A DNA stretch of 52,845 nt, from contig CAIZEE010000120.1 of the NCBI GenBank assembly GCA_903931835.1, positions 1 through 52,845 of the forward strand, written 5' to 3'. Each line of letters starts with the position of its first letter. The stretch's first letter is position 1. This DNA comes from an uncultured Elstera sp. GTDB taxonomy: Bacteria; Pseudomonadota; Alphaproteobacteria; Elsterales; Elsteraceae. Both the position numbers and the translations under genes were made by a program. This document shows, one piece after another, positions 36,026 to 45,017 of the stretch. The notes beneath the pieces were generated by a model that was not told the origin of the DNA, searched no databases, and was given only the letters and a program-made list of their open reading frames with translations.

Positions 36026-36847
36026 GTGGACGTTCTGCCGAGAATAGAGAGCGGGCCGGTGACCTTATCCATCGCGATCAATATCATCCTGGCGGCATCG
36101 CTGATCGCGGTGCTGTGGAAACTGAAGAATTACCGGGAGGACCGCAAAAAACGCGGCGTCTTGCGCCCCTGGCCTGTGCGGCAAGTCGATATTGACGGCT
36201 TCGATGAACGCTTCCGCCCGACCGAGTTCGGCCCCCCGCCGCAGACGGAGATCCGTTTCGTCGCAGGATTTCGCGTCGATGGCGGTATTAATGACTTTGA
36301 GACCTGGATTTTGTGCACGCTGGCGAAATCGGCCAGGCGGATCTTCGAGTTCGGCACCTGCACCGGCAAGACAACCTATCTGCTTGCGGCAAACGCTCCG
36401 GCCGATGCCAGAATAACGACGCTGACGCTCGCGCCCGACCAAAAGGACAGCTACCGGCTCGGCGGCGGCGATGATCGCGAGGCAACGGCGGCGGCATTGG
36501 CCGAGTCCGCCTATACCAGCTTCTATTACTCGGGCCATGCAGAGGCTGAACGGATCGAACAGCTCTTTGGCGACAGCAAGGCGTTCGACGAGACGCCGCA
36601 TCTCGCGCAATACGATCTCATCTTTATCGATGGATCCCATGCGCGTTCCTATGTCGAGAGCGACACGGCGAAGGCGTTGCGGATGGTAAAACCGGGCGGC
36701 GTCATCATGTGGCACGACTATCACGGCCCGCGCCGCGCCCGTGGCGTCTTCGACGCACTGAATGAGCTTACCCGGCAACTGGACCTAGTGCACATCAAAG
36801 GCACCAGCATCGTCGCCTATCGTCATCCCGTGCCGGAACCGTCATAA
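36026..36847 (+). CDS. Class I SAM-dependent methyltransferase with N-terminal membrane anchor
   Basis: 273 aa with a TM helix (LSIAINIILAASLIAVLW), SAM motif I (IFEFGTCTGKTT) and later motifs (LIFIDGSH, KPGGVIMWHDY). The start is GTG. Confidence 0.72.
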   Translation: MDVLPRIESGPVTLSIAINIILAASLIAVLWKLKNYREDRKKRGVLRPWPVRQVDIDGFDERFRPTEFGPPPQTEIRFVAGFRVDGGINDFETWILCTLAKSARRIFEFGTCTGKTTYLLAANAPADARITTLTLAPDQKDSYRLGGGDDREATAAALAESAYTSFYYSGHAEAERIEQLFGDSKAFDETPHLAQYDLIFIDGSHARSYVESDTAKALRMVKPGGVIMWHDYHGPRRARGVFDALNELTRQLDLVHIKGTSIVAYRHPVPEPS

Positions 36848-36861
36848 ATTGGGCAACTGTC

Positions 36862-36899
36862 AACAATTCACAAACATACACTTGTCAATGTGAATTGTT
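36862..36899. promoter_or_regulatory. Perfect 11-bp inverted repeat AACAATTCACA-N16-TGTGAATTGTT upstream of aceA
   Basis: Arms at 36862..36872 and 36889..36899 were verified base by base. It is centred about 120 nt before the aceA ATG. No T-tract follows it, so a terminator is unlikely. Confidence 0.5.
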
Positions 36900-36999
36900 T
36901 ACGGATATGCAGGTTTACCTACAAAGATGCTGAGTTTCGTCGACATCCTCCCCATTTCACGCATTATGCATTTGCGAGATGAAATGAGAGGACGTCGTT

Positions 37000-38295
37000 A
37001 TGACCGAGTTAAAAGTCGCTGCAGATCGTTTCAAAGGCATCCGGCGCGATTATTCGCAGGCCGATGTCGAACGGCTTCGTGGCAGCCTGAAGATCGAATA
37101 CACGCTCGCTGAGCGTGGTGCTATCAAGCTGTGGGAAAAGATAAATCGCCCCGGCGATGGCTATGTGAAGTCGCTCGGCGCGCTGACCGGCAACCAGGCC
37201 ATGCAGCAGGTGAAGGCCGGGTTGGAGGCGATCTATCTCAGCGGCTGGCAGGTTGCTGCGGATGCGAACAACGCCGGGCAGATGTACCCTGATCAGAGCC
37301 TGTACCCGGCGTCGAGCGTGCCGGAAGTGGTGCAGCGCATTAACCGCGCCCTGCAACGGGCCGATCAGATCAGCCATTCAGAGGGCGATGATAGCATCGA
37401 TTGGTTCGTGCCGATCGTGGCGGATGCCGAGGCCGGCTTCGGCGGCCCGCTGAACGCGTTCGAACTGATGAAGGCGATGATCGAGGCAGGCGCCGCAGCC
37501 GTCCATTTTGAGGACCAGCTGGCATCTGAAAAGAAATGCGGCCATCTCGGCGGCAAGGTTCTGGTTCCGACCAGCCAGTTCATCCGGACGCTGCAGGCAG
37601 CACGCTTGGCGGCCGACGTGCAGGGCACCTCAACCCTGGTCGTTGCCCGTACCGACGCGGACTCGGCGCAGCTCATCACCAGCGACATCGATCCAAGAGA
37701 TCATCAGTTCCTGACCGGTGAACGGACGCCCGAAGGCTTCTTCCGCCTGGATCAGAAGCGCGGTCTGGAGCACGCGATTGCCCGCGCCATCGCCTATGCC
37801 CCTTATTCCGACCTGATCTGGTGCGAAACCTCGCATCCCGATCTGGAAGAGGCGCGCGAGTTTGCGACCAAGGTTCACGCCCAGTTCCCGGGCAAGAAGC
37901 TGGCCTATAACTGCTCGCCCTCCTTCAACTGGGCAGCCAAGCTCGACGCCAAGACCATCGCCAAGTTCCAGGATGAGATCGGCGCGATGGGCTACAAGTT
38001 CCAGTTCGTCACGCTGGCAGGCTTCCATGCGCTCAATATGAGCATGTTTGAGCTGGCCAAGGGCTACAAGGCGACCGGCATGGCTGCGTACTCGGAATTC
38101 CAGCAGCGCGAATTCGCCGCTGAGAAGGACGGCTACACCGCCACCCGTCATCAGCGCGAAGTCGGCACGGGCTATTTCGATGCGGTCGCCACGGCGATTT
38201 CCGCCGGTGCTTCGTCGACGCTGGCGATGCACGGCTCGACCGAAGAAGACCAATTCCACAAGACCGGCAGCCAGCATTCGCAGGCGGCTGATTAA
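37000..38295 (+). CDS. aceA: Isocitrate lyase
   Basis: 431 aa with the ICL signature KKCGHLGGK and conserved blocks ([29 protein letters not shown]). Confidence 0.97.
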   Translation: MTELKVAADRFKGIRRDYSQADVERLRGSLKIEYTLAERGAIKLWEKINRPGDGYVKSLGALTGNQAMQQVKAGLEAIYLSGWQVAADANNAGQMYPDQSLYPASSVPEVVQRINRALQRADQISHSEGDDSIDWFVPIVADAEAGFGGPLNAFELMKAMIEAGAAAVHFEDQLASEKKCGHLGGKVLVPTSQFIRTLQAARLAADVQGTSTLVVARTDADSAQLITSDIDPRDHQFLTGERTPEGFFRLDQKRGLEHAIARAIAYAPYSDLIWCETSHPDLEEAREFATKVHAQFPGKKLAYNCSPSFNWAAKLDAKTIAKFQDEIGAMGYKFQFVTLAGFHALNMSMFELAKGYKATGMAAYSEFQQREFAAEKDGYTATRHQREVGTGYFDAVATAISAGASSTLAMHGSTEEDQFHKTGSQHSQAAD

Positions 38296-38323
38296 CAAGC
38301 GGGTTCAAACAGGAGGAAACGTC

Positions 38324-38572
38324 ATGTCCACTCAATATTGGGTAATCGGCGGCGAATTCCGCGACACGCATTTCTCCGCGATGGTCGAGGGCTCAGCCCA
38401 GGCATTTGGCCCGTTCCGTAGCTATGACGACGCAAAGGCCAAATGGCGCGAGCAGTCGCTCAACAGCCGCCACAAGGCCCACATGCGCTTCACGATCGCA
38501 ACAGAGGCAGCACCGAAGCAACAGCGTGCTCCCGTAATGCAACCGGCTGTGGTATCCTCAGCTGCTGCATAA
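38324..38572 (+). CDS. Small DUF4170-like protein
   Basis: 82 aa starting MSTQYWVIGGEFRDTHF...GPFRSYDDAKAKWRE...HMRF. A strong RBS (AGGAGG) lies 7 nt upstream. The family assignment is from memory of the YWV.GGE...GPF...A...W pattern, not a search. Confidence 0.6.
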   Translation: MSTQYWVIGGEFRDTHFSAMVEGSAQAFGPFRSYDDAKAKWREQSLNSRHKAHMRFTIATEAAPKQQRAPVMQPAVVSSAAA

Positions 38573-38578
38573 ACTGAC

Positions 38579-38630
38579 CCGGTCGCGATCTACTCCCCTG
38601 GATCGCGACCGGTTCCTATTCGGATTTTTG
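38579..38630 (+). terminator. Hairpin terminator candidate after the aceA/DUF4170 pair
   Basis: A perfect 12-bp stem CCGGTCGCGATC / GATCGCGACCGG with a 10-nt loop is followed by TTCCTATTCGGATTTTTGG. The T-tract is not immediately adjacent. Confidence 0.5.
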
Positions 38631-38634
38631 GTGA

Positions 38635-40101
38635 GTGAGACCGTTAAGCTTCCCTCGCTTCGCGGTCATGTTTCTGGCGCTGTTCGCCATGGCGGCTCTG
38701 CCGATCTGGCAAGTCCACACTCTTCCCCTCTTCGACTATCCCAATCATCTGGCCCGGATGCATATCCTGGCATCGGATACGCCTGAGCTTCAGCGTTTCT
38801 ACGCCGTTAACTGGCGCATCGTGCCCAATCTGGCGATGGATTTGATCGTGCCTACGCTCAACACCTTCCTGCCTCTGGAGGTCGCGGGCCGCATCTTCAT
38901 CATGCTGACCATGGCAAGCGTGGTGGGCTCCGTCGCCTTCCTCCATCGCGTGCTGTTCCAGCACTGGTCCCCCTGGCCGCTGCTCGGCTTTGCCCTGCTC
39001 TATAACCGCTTCATGCTGTGGGGCTTCCTCAATTTCCTGTTCGGGACGGGGCTCGCGATCGCCGCACTTGGATGGTGGATCGGCTGGCGGGAACGGTCGC
39101 CCAGACTGTGCGTGGCTATCGCTTGCGTCCTTGGAGTCGCGGTCTTCCTGTCTCATCTCGCAGCGTTTGGCTGCTATGCCATCGCACTCGGCGCCTATGA
39201 GCTCGATCAAATGCGGCGTCGGCCAGGAGCTATAGCAACGCGAGCGGCCCTTGCCGCCTTACCGTTCGTGGCCCCGGCCCTCCTATTCGTGACAGGCCCA
39301 TCCGGGGCCGGCGGCGCCATTGTTTTTAGCCGGTTTCTGCGAAAATTCGACCTGCCCTACAGCCTGTTCAACAACTACACGCCGCCGCTCGACGCCGTGA
39401 CGATGATCCTTTTCGTGGCCTTGTTTCTCATTGGCCTCTGGCGCGGATGGCTGCGCTTTGCCCCATCGATGCAAGCACCCCTGATCGCCCTCGTCGCGGC
39501 CTATCTCGTTATGCCGAACCAGATCTATACGGCAAGCAGCGTGGATCATCGGCTGCCGCTTGTGATCGCGCTGATCGCCATCGGCGGCAGTGACTTGAGC
39601 CAAGGCTTGCGGTGGTCTCGGGCGATCGCCTGTTTTGCTGTAATGCTTTTCATCGCCCGAATGGTCGTGATCTCGGTTGAATGGCAAGGATTCGATCGGC
39701 AATACACGTCCGCCCGCGCAGCGTTGGACAGTTTACCGGTCGGCTCGCGGATTGCCGTCGCCACGCCCGATGATGGATTGCGCATCCGCTCAGGCGAGGC
39801 GCCGATGGTGCATTTCCCCTGCTGGGCGATTATCGATCGCGATGCCTTCGTGCCGACGCTGTTTGCCTACCCGACACAACAGCCGGTCGGTTTCAAGCCC
39901 GGCTATTCCGACCAACCCTCGGCATCCGCCCTGTGGTCGGCTTTGGTCACGAAAGACGCGTCGGCAACACTGCCGCCATCGCTCGACGCCTATGATTACG
40001 TCGTGCTGGCCGCACCGACGGGCTTTGACGTGGCCGAACGGCCCGGATGGGTGCCTGAATACCAATCGCCGCTGTTTCGCATCTATCGCCTGCTCCACTA
40101 G
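38635..40101 (+). CDS. Polytopic inner-membrane protein (GT-C-like glycosyltransferase candidate)
   Basis: 488 aa with about 10 or more hydrophobic helices. The first loop carries LPLFDYPNHLARMH, and there is a C-terminal soluble region. Function is inferred only from context. The start (GTG 38635 or ATG 38665) is uncertain. Confidence 0.65.
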   Translation: MRPLSFPRFAVMFLALFAMAALPIWQVHTLPLFDYPNHLARMHILASDTPELQRFYAVNWRIVPNLAMDLIVPTLNTFLPLEVAGRIFIMLTMASVVGSVAFLHRVLFQHWSPWPLLGFALLYNRFMLWGFLNFLFGTGLAIAALGWWIGWRERSPRLCVAIACVLGVAVFLSHLAAFGCYAIALGAYELDQMRRRPGAIATRAALAALPFVAPALLFVTGPSGAGGAIVFSRFLRKFDLPYSLFNNYTPPLDAVTMILFVALFLIGLWRGWLRFAPSMQAPLIALVAAYLVMPNQIYTASSVDHRLPLVIALIAIGGSDLSQGLRWSRAIACFAVMLFIARMVVISVEWQGFDRQYTSARAALDSLPVGSRIAVATPDDGLRIRSGEAPMVHFPCWAIIDRDAFVPTLFAYPTQQPVGFKPGYSDQPSASALWSALVTKDASATLPPSLDAYDYVVLAAPTGFDVAERPGWVPEYQSPLFRIYRLLH

Positions 40102-40185
40102 CTAAATAGGCGAGACAAGCGGGGCGTTTGTGGTCAATATCCCGCGCCGAATAGAGATGATGCCGGCGCATATTGCCGAGAATGG

Positions 40186-40989
40186 ATGAGAATTCTGGTG
40201 GAACCCGCCACAACGGCGCCCCAAGCGATAAATGCCGGTACTGCCCTGTCAGCACTCGTGGTTGTGCATAACGAGGAAGCCCAGCTTGGCGACTGCCTCG
40301 CGCGTCTGACATTCGCCGACGAGATCGTGGTCGTGCTTGACCGCTGCACCGATCGCTCGCGTGACATCGCGCAAGGCTTCGGCGCCACGCTTGTCGAAGG
40401 CGGGTGGGAGCGCGAGGGCGATCGCCGGAACAACGGCATTGCGCATTGCCGCGGCCCATGGATTCTCGAAGTCGACGCCGACGAGCGCGTGTCGGCCGAA
40501 CTTGCGACCGAGATCAGGTCGGTAAGCGCTACCTCATCCTTCGACTGGCATCGCATCCCGGTCGATAATTATGTCGGCGATCACCTGGTGCGCTTTGGCT
40601 GGGGGGCGTCGTTCGGCAAGGGGTCCTATGTCGGGCTGTTCCGCAAGGGCACCAAAATCTGGGGACAGGACAGGGTCCATCCGAAACTGCAATTAAGCGC
40701 CAATGGCGGTCCGGTGCTGACCAACCGGCTTGATCACTATGTCGACCGCGATCTGACCGACATGATCAATCGCCTGAACCGCTATACCAGTGCGCGCGCC
40801 GCCGATCTGCGCGACAGCGGGGATATCGGCAGATTCTCAACCAATGTGCGGCGCATCTTCACGCGTTTCTATAAATGCTACGTGTCGCGGAAGGGATATC
40901 GCGAGGGCGGCTATGGCTTCATCATAGCACTCTGCGCCAGCCTCTATCCGATCCTCTCCTATCTGAAGGCGCGGCTGGATACAAAGTGA
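40186..40989 (+). CDS. Family-2 glycosyltransferase (WaaE/LgtF-like size and motifs)
   Basis: 267 aa with LSALVVVHNEE, a DxD-type motif WILEVDADE and a C-terminal NRYTSARA block. Confidence 0.85.
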   Translation: MRILVEPATTAPQAINAGTALSALVVVHNEEAQLGDCLARLTFADEIVVVLDRCTDRSRDIAQGFGATLVEGGWEREGDRRNNGIAHCRGPWILEVDADERVSAELATEIRSVSATSSFDWHRIPVDNYVGDHLVRFGWGASFGKGSYVGLFRKGTKIWGQDRVHPKLQLSANGGPVLTNRLDHYVDRDLTDMINRLNRYTSARAADLRDSGDIGRFSTNVRRIFTRFYKCYVSRKGYREGGYGFIIALCASLYPILSYLKARLDTK

Positions 40990-42869
40990 GTGCTATCAGC
41001 CTCCTGGGACAAGACTGGCCATTGCTGATACCGACGATCGAGCAATGCCTGGCCCCCCTGTCCGTCACCTTTGTCGTCTTGCAATTGATCGGCTGGGGCC
41101 GCGCGCTGGCGCCGGGTCGCGGGCTTGAGATTCAGCTCGCTTCCGGCTGGGGTGCAACCGCCGTGCTGGTGACGCTGTGGGGTATCGTCACGACGCTGAG
41201 CCTGAGTATTCCGGCAATCATGGTGGCACTGATCGGGGTCGCCTGCCTGATTCATCCGAAGACGCGGCTCACCTTAGCAGAATGGACGGTGCTGGGCCGA
41301 CTTGCCGTTCTCATCCTGCCGCTCGCGCTGATCCTGCTCACGCTCCGGCCGGTTCTGCCGGACACGATGTGGAACCTGTTGCCGAATGTTGAATATCTCT
41401 ACGATTTCGGAAGCTTTCCGCGCGACGACGCCGCCCGTACCATCTCGATTTTTCCGGGACTGCCTTACAACACTCAGCTTGCGGGATATTTCAGCGGCTG
41501 GTTCTTCCCGCACTACCCGACATCGGCCGTGCCGTATTTCTGTATCGCTGTACAGGTCTTCCTTGGCTTGGCTGTTGGCCGCGTCATCACCGGTGACGCC
41601 AAAGAGATCGGGTGGTCTGCCTGTGCCTGGGGGATCCTTCTGGGCGTTCTGATCAATCCCGGGTTTCGGCCCGATCTCAACCTGTCCGATTATGGTGAGC
41701 CGACTACCGAGGTGCTGCTGGCCCTTGCCGGCTGGCAGGCAAGCGTCGTATTGGGCCGCCTCGCCGGCGGTACGCCCGCACGTAGCGATGCCGTGATCCT
41801 AGGATTGCTTCTGGCGGCGTTTGTGAATGTCAGGCAGTCCAATATCGCCTTGCTGTTGTGCCTTGGCGCCGGCATCGGCCTGATCGTGCTGCTTGACCGC
41901 CGCATCAACAAGCTTGAAGCCATCAAGACGCTAAGCCTTGCCGTCCTGCCGCCGGCCATTCTCTATCTATCCTGGCGCTGGTATGTCGTCAGCCATTTCA
42001 CTGAGGGCGAGCTGAAGCTGTTGCCCTTCGCCGAATGGCAGTTCGATCGCCTGTCGATGATCATCGATGGAATGGCTGATCAGATTCGCCGCCGCGCCAC
42101 GCTCTTCGTCATTTACGGCATCTTGCTGGTCGTGGCCGCCTCTCGATTGGCGCGGCGCGAGTTCTCAGGCCCCAGCCGCTTGCTGATCTTGTCGGGCATG
42201 ATGATCGTGCTGTTCAATCTGTTCCTGATCTTCACCTATATCAGCCATTTCCCGGTGCAGGACGGCGACGAGGCGCATTCGTATTTCCGCTACAATACGC
42301 ATCTGTCGCTGCTGGTCGGACTTGCCGTCATCACCACGGCCGCAGCGCTGCGTCGGCCAAGGATCGGAATGCCAACACAGCGGATCCTTGCAACGGTCGC
42401 GATACTGGCGCTGGTCGTAGCGCCGGCCGTCTTTGTGCGACAAGTCCGCTACGATTTGCAGCGGCCGCGCACGCTGATCTGGACGCTGACGCGCCAATTG
42501 GCGGAGCGCAGCAGCGATGATCAGCGGATTGGATTGGTGCTGCCGGGCAACGACGATATCGGCGCTGTCACGCTGACCATGCGCGGCATGTTGGCGCTGA
42601 GCGAACCCCGTCGCGCCGGACTTACCTTCGACGTGCGTACCAGCTTGGATGAAACCGTGCTAAGCGATCTTGCAAAGGCTGGCGATGATCGTGTCCTGGT
42701 CAGTTGCATGCCCGGCGACCTGCTGGGGATACCGGCCCACCACGCGGCCTTGCTGCGCCGGTCCCCGGACGGCTGGCTGGCAGAAGATCTGGGCGCCTAC
42801 GCGCCGGCGCGGCGCCAAGAATATTGGCAACCGGCACTGGCCGCCGAACCATTTTGTGGACGCTCATGA
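40986..42869 (+). CDS. Large polytopic membrane protein (GT-C/ArnT-like candidate)
   Basis: The in-frame GTG at 40986 overlaps the upstream stop (GTGA) and gives 627 aa with many TM helices and a C-terminal soluble domain of about 130 aa. The track ORF start at 40875 lies inside the GT2 gene. Confidence 0.68.
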   Translation: MSAISLLGQDWPLLIPTIEQCLAPLSVTFVVLQLIGWGRALAPGRGLEIQLASGWGATAVLVTLWGIVTTLSLSIPAIMVALIGVACLIHPKTRLTLAEWTVLGRLAVLILPLALILLTLRPVLPDTMWNLLPNVEYLYDFGSFPRDDAARTISIFPGLPYNTQLAGYFSGWFFPHYPTSAVPYFCIAVQVFLGLAVGRVITGDAKEIGWSACAWGILLGVLINPGFRPDLNLSDYGEPTTEVLLALAGWQASVVLGRLAGGTPARSDAVILGLLLAAFVNVRQSNIALLLCLGAGIGLIVLLDRRINKLEAIKTLSLAVLPPAILYLSWRWYVVSHFTEGELKLLPFAEWQFDRLSMIIDGMADQIRRRATLFVIYGILLVVAASRLARREFSGPSRLLILSGMMIVLFNLFLIFTYISHFPVQDGDEAHSYFRYNTHLSLLVGLAVITTAAALRRPRIGMPTQRILATVAILALVVAPAVFVRQVRYDLQRPRTLIWTLTRQLAERSSDDQRIGLVLPGNDDIGAVTLTMRGMLALSEPRRAGLTFDVRTSLDETVLSDLAKAGDDRVLVSCMPGDLLGIPAHHAALLRRSPDGWLAEDLGAYAPARRQEYWQPALAAEPFCGRS

Positions 42870-43981
42870 TCGACCTTACCATCGTCGTACCAACCCTCAA
42901 CGAACGCGACAATATCGAGCCGATGGTCGCTAAGCTTGAGCGTGTCTTGACCGGAATTATGTGGGAGGTGGTGTTCGTCGATGACGACAGCGCCGATGGC
43001 ACAGCCCAGCGCATCCGTGAGTTGGCGCAGACCAACCCGCGCATACGCTGCCTGCACCGCATCGGCCGTCGCGGCCTGTCATCCGCCTGCATCGAAGGGG
43101 CGCTGTCCAGCACTGCCGCCGTCATCGCCGTCACCGACGCCGATATGCAGCATGACGAAACGCTACTGCCCCAGATGCTGCTGACGCTGAAAAACGGCTC
43201 TTACGACATCGTCATCGGCAGCCGTTACATGGAGGGCGGCAGTGCCGATAGTTTTGACAATTGGCGAGCGAAGGTCAGCGATGTCGCGACCCGTATCGGC
43301 AAGCGGCTGATCAAGGCCGACGTGACGGATCCGATGAGCGGGTTTTTCATGATCCGGCGGGAGGCGTTCGATCGCGCGGTGCGCAATCTGTCGGGTATCG
43401 GCTTCAAAATCCTGCTCGATCTCTTCACGTCATATCCCGGAAAGCTTCGCTTTGCTGAGCTGCCCTACCAGTTTCGCGAGCGGCTGCACGGCACGAGCAA
43501 ACTCGACACCATGGTCATCTGGGAATATCTGATGCTGGTGATCGATAAGCGTTCAGGCGGGTTGGTACCGGCGCGGTTCTTGATGTTCTGCGTAGTCGGG
43601 GGCCTCGGCCTCGGTGTCAATCTCGTCGTCCTGGGTATGCTTCTGCGCGACTTCGGCGTCACCTTCGTGCAAGGGGAGGCGATCGCAACAGTGACCGCGA
43701 TGGTCTTCAATTTCTGGCTCAACAACATCTTCACCTATCGCGATCGCCGCCTGAAGGGCTGGCGCTTTGTCCAGGGGCTGATCAGTTTCTGCCTCGTCTG
43801 CGGCATTGGTGGTGTCGCCAGTGTCGGAGCGGCAAACTTTCTGTTCGGCCAGGGTGGGCGTTGGTGGGCAGCGGGCATTGCCGGTGCGCTGATCAGCGTC
43901 ACCTGGAACTACGCGGCTACCTCCATGGTCACCTGGCGTAATGCTATGAAGCGATCACGCCGTTTGGGGCTGCCGCAGTAG
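42866..43981 (+). CDS. Polyprenol-phosphate glycosyltransferase (GT2) fused to a GtrA-like membrane domain
   Basis: The ATG at 42866 overlaps the upstream stop (ATGA). The GT2 region reads LTIVVPTLNERDNI...VVFVDDDSADGT...AVTDADMQHD...DPMSGFFMIRR, resembling DPM/ArnC/GtrB enzymes. The C-terminal 4-TM segment has the GtrA hallmark (FCVVGGLGLGVNL...FNFWLNNIFTYRD). Confidence 0.85.
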   Translation: MIDLTIVVPTLNERDNIEPMVAKLERVLTGIMWEVVFVDDDSADGTAQRIRELAQTNPRIRCLHRIGRRGLSSACIEGALSSTAAVIAVTDADMQHDETLLPQMLLTLKNGSYDIVIGSRYMEGGSADSFDNWRAKVSDVATRIGKRLIKADVTDPMSGFFMIRREAFDRAVRNLSGIGFKILLDLFTSYPGKLRFAELPYQFRERLHGTSKLDTMVIWEYLMLVIDKRSGGLVPARFLMFCVVGGLGLGVNLVVLGMLLRDFGVTFVQGEAIATVTAMVFNFWLNNIFTYRDRRLKGWRFVQGLISFCLVCGIGGVASVGAANFLFGQGGRWWAAGIAGALISVTWNYAATSMVTWRNAMKRSRRLGLPQ

Positions 43982-44066
43982 ATGGATTTTGAGCCGCAAG
44001 CGTTGCAAAATGAGGCAGAGATACCATTGATAGTCTGCCATATCACCGCGAGCAAAGACTGACGCC

Positions 44067-45017
44067 ATGGCTATCTTGAAGATTACGCCGGACACGATCG
44101 CTGAGGCGGCACGCCATATCCGCGCCGGTGGATTAGTAGCGGCGCCGACCGAAACAGTCTATGGGCTGTTCGCCGACGCAACCTCGGCGAAAGCGGTCAG
44201 CGCTGTCTATGACCTGAAGGGCCGGCCGCGCTCAAGCCCGCTGATCATTCATGTCGCGTCGATCGATATGGCGCGCCAGTTGGCAGAGTTCGACCGGCGC
44301 AGCACCTATCTGGTACAGCGCAATTGGCCCGGCCCCTTGACCCTGGTGTTGAACGCCAAATCGGGCTCTCCGGTCGTCAGCCAGGCTACCGGTGGCCTGA
44401 GCACCGTCGCGATCCGGATACCCGATCACCCCGTGGCATTGGCGCTCATCGAGGCGGCTGGTCGCCCGCTCGCGGCACCCAGCGCCAATCGCTATGGCAA
44501 GCTAAGCCCAACCGACGCCCTGCATGTGGATACGCAATTTGGCCGGTCCCTGGCGATGGTCCTGGATGGCGGAAAGACCCGGGTCGGCGTTGAGTCGACC
44601 GTGGTCGATCTGACTGGACCGCAAGGCATCATCTTACGTCCAGGCGGTATCGCGACGGAGGTTATCGAGGCCGCGCTAGGCTCGCTCGGCACGGCGAGCG
44701 ACAGCGGCGCGCAACGCAGCCCCGGCATGGCGCGCTCCCACTACGCGCCCGGCGCCAAGGTAAGGCTGAACGCGCTCGAACCAGCCGGCACGGAGGTGCT
44801 TCTTGCTTTTGGCCCCAACCCGCCCGAGGGGTTTATTGAGACGCGCAATCTGAGCGAGAGCGGCGATCTAAAGGAAGCGGCGGCCAATCTGTTCGAGTAT
44901 TTGCATCTGCTTGACCGCACCGATATCGACGCGATTGCGGTCATGCCGATCCCTGAAAAAGGCCTAGGTGCTGCGATCAATGATCGCCTGCGCCGGGCAG
45001 CCGCTCCTCGCTATTGA
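44067..45017 (+). CDS. L-threonylcarbamoyladenylate synthase (Sua5/YwlC-type, long form)
   Basis: YrdC-domain motifs PTETVYGL, KGRP...PLIIHV, WPGPLTLVL and AAPSANRYGKLSPT, plus a Sua5-type C-terminal domain; 316 aa. Confidence 0.9.
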   Translation: MAILKITPDTIAEAARHIRAGGLVAAPTETVYGLFADATSAKAVSAVYDLKGRPRSSPLIIHVASIDMARQLAEFDRRSTYLVQRNWPGPLTLVLNAKSGSPVVSQATGGLSTVAIRIPDHPVALALIEAAGRPLAAPSANRYGKLSPTDALHVDTQFGRSLAMVLDGGKTRVGVESTVVDLTGPQGIILRPGGIATEVIEAALGSLGTASDSGAQRSPGMARSHYAPGAKVRLNALEPAGTEVLLAFGPNPPEGFIETRNLSESGDLKEAAANLFEYLHLLDRTDIDAIAVMPIPEKGLGAAINDRLRRAAAPRY

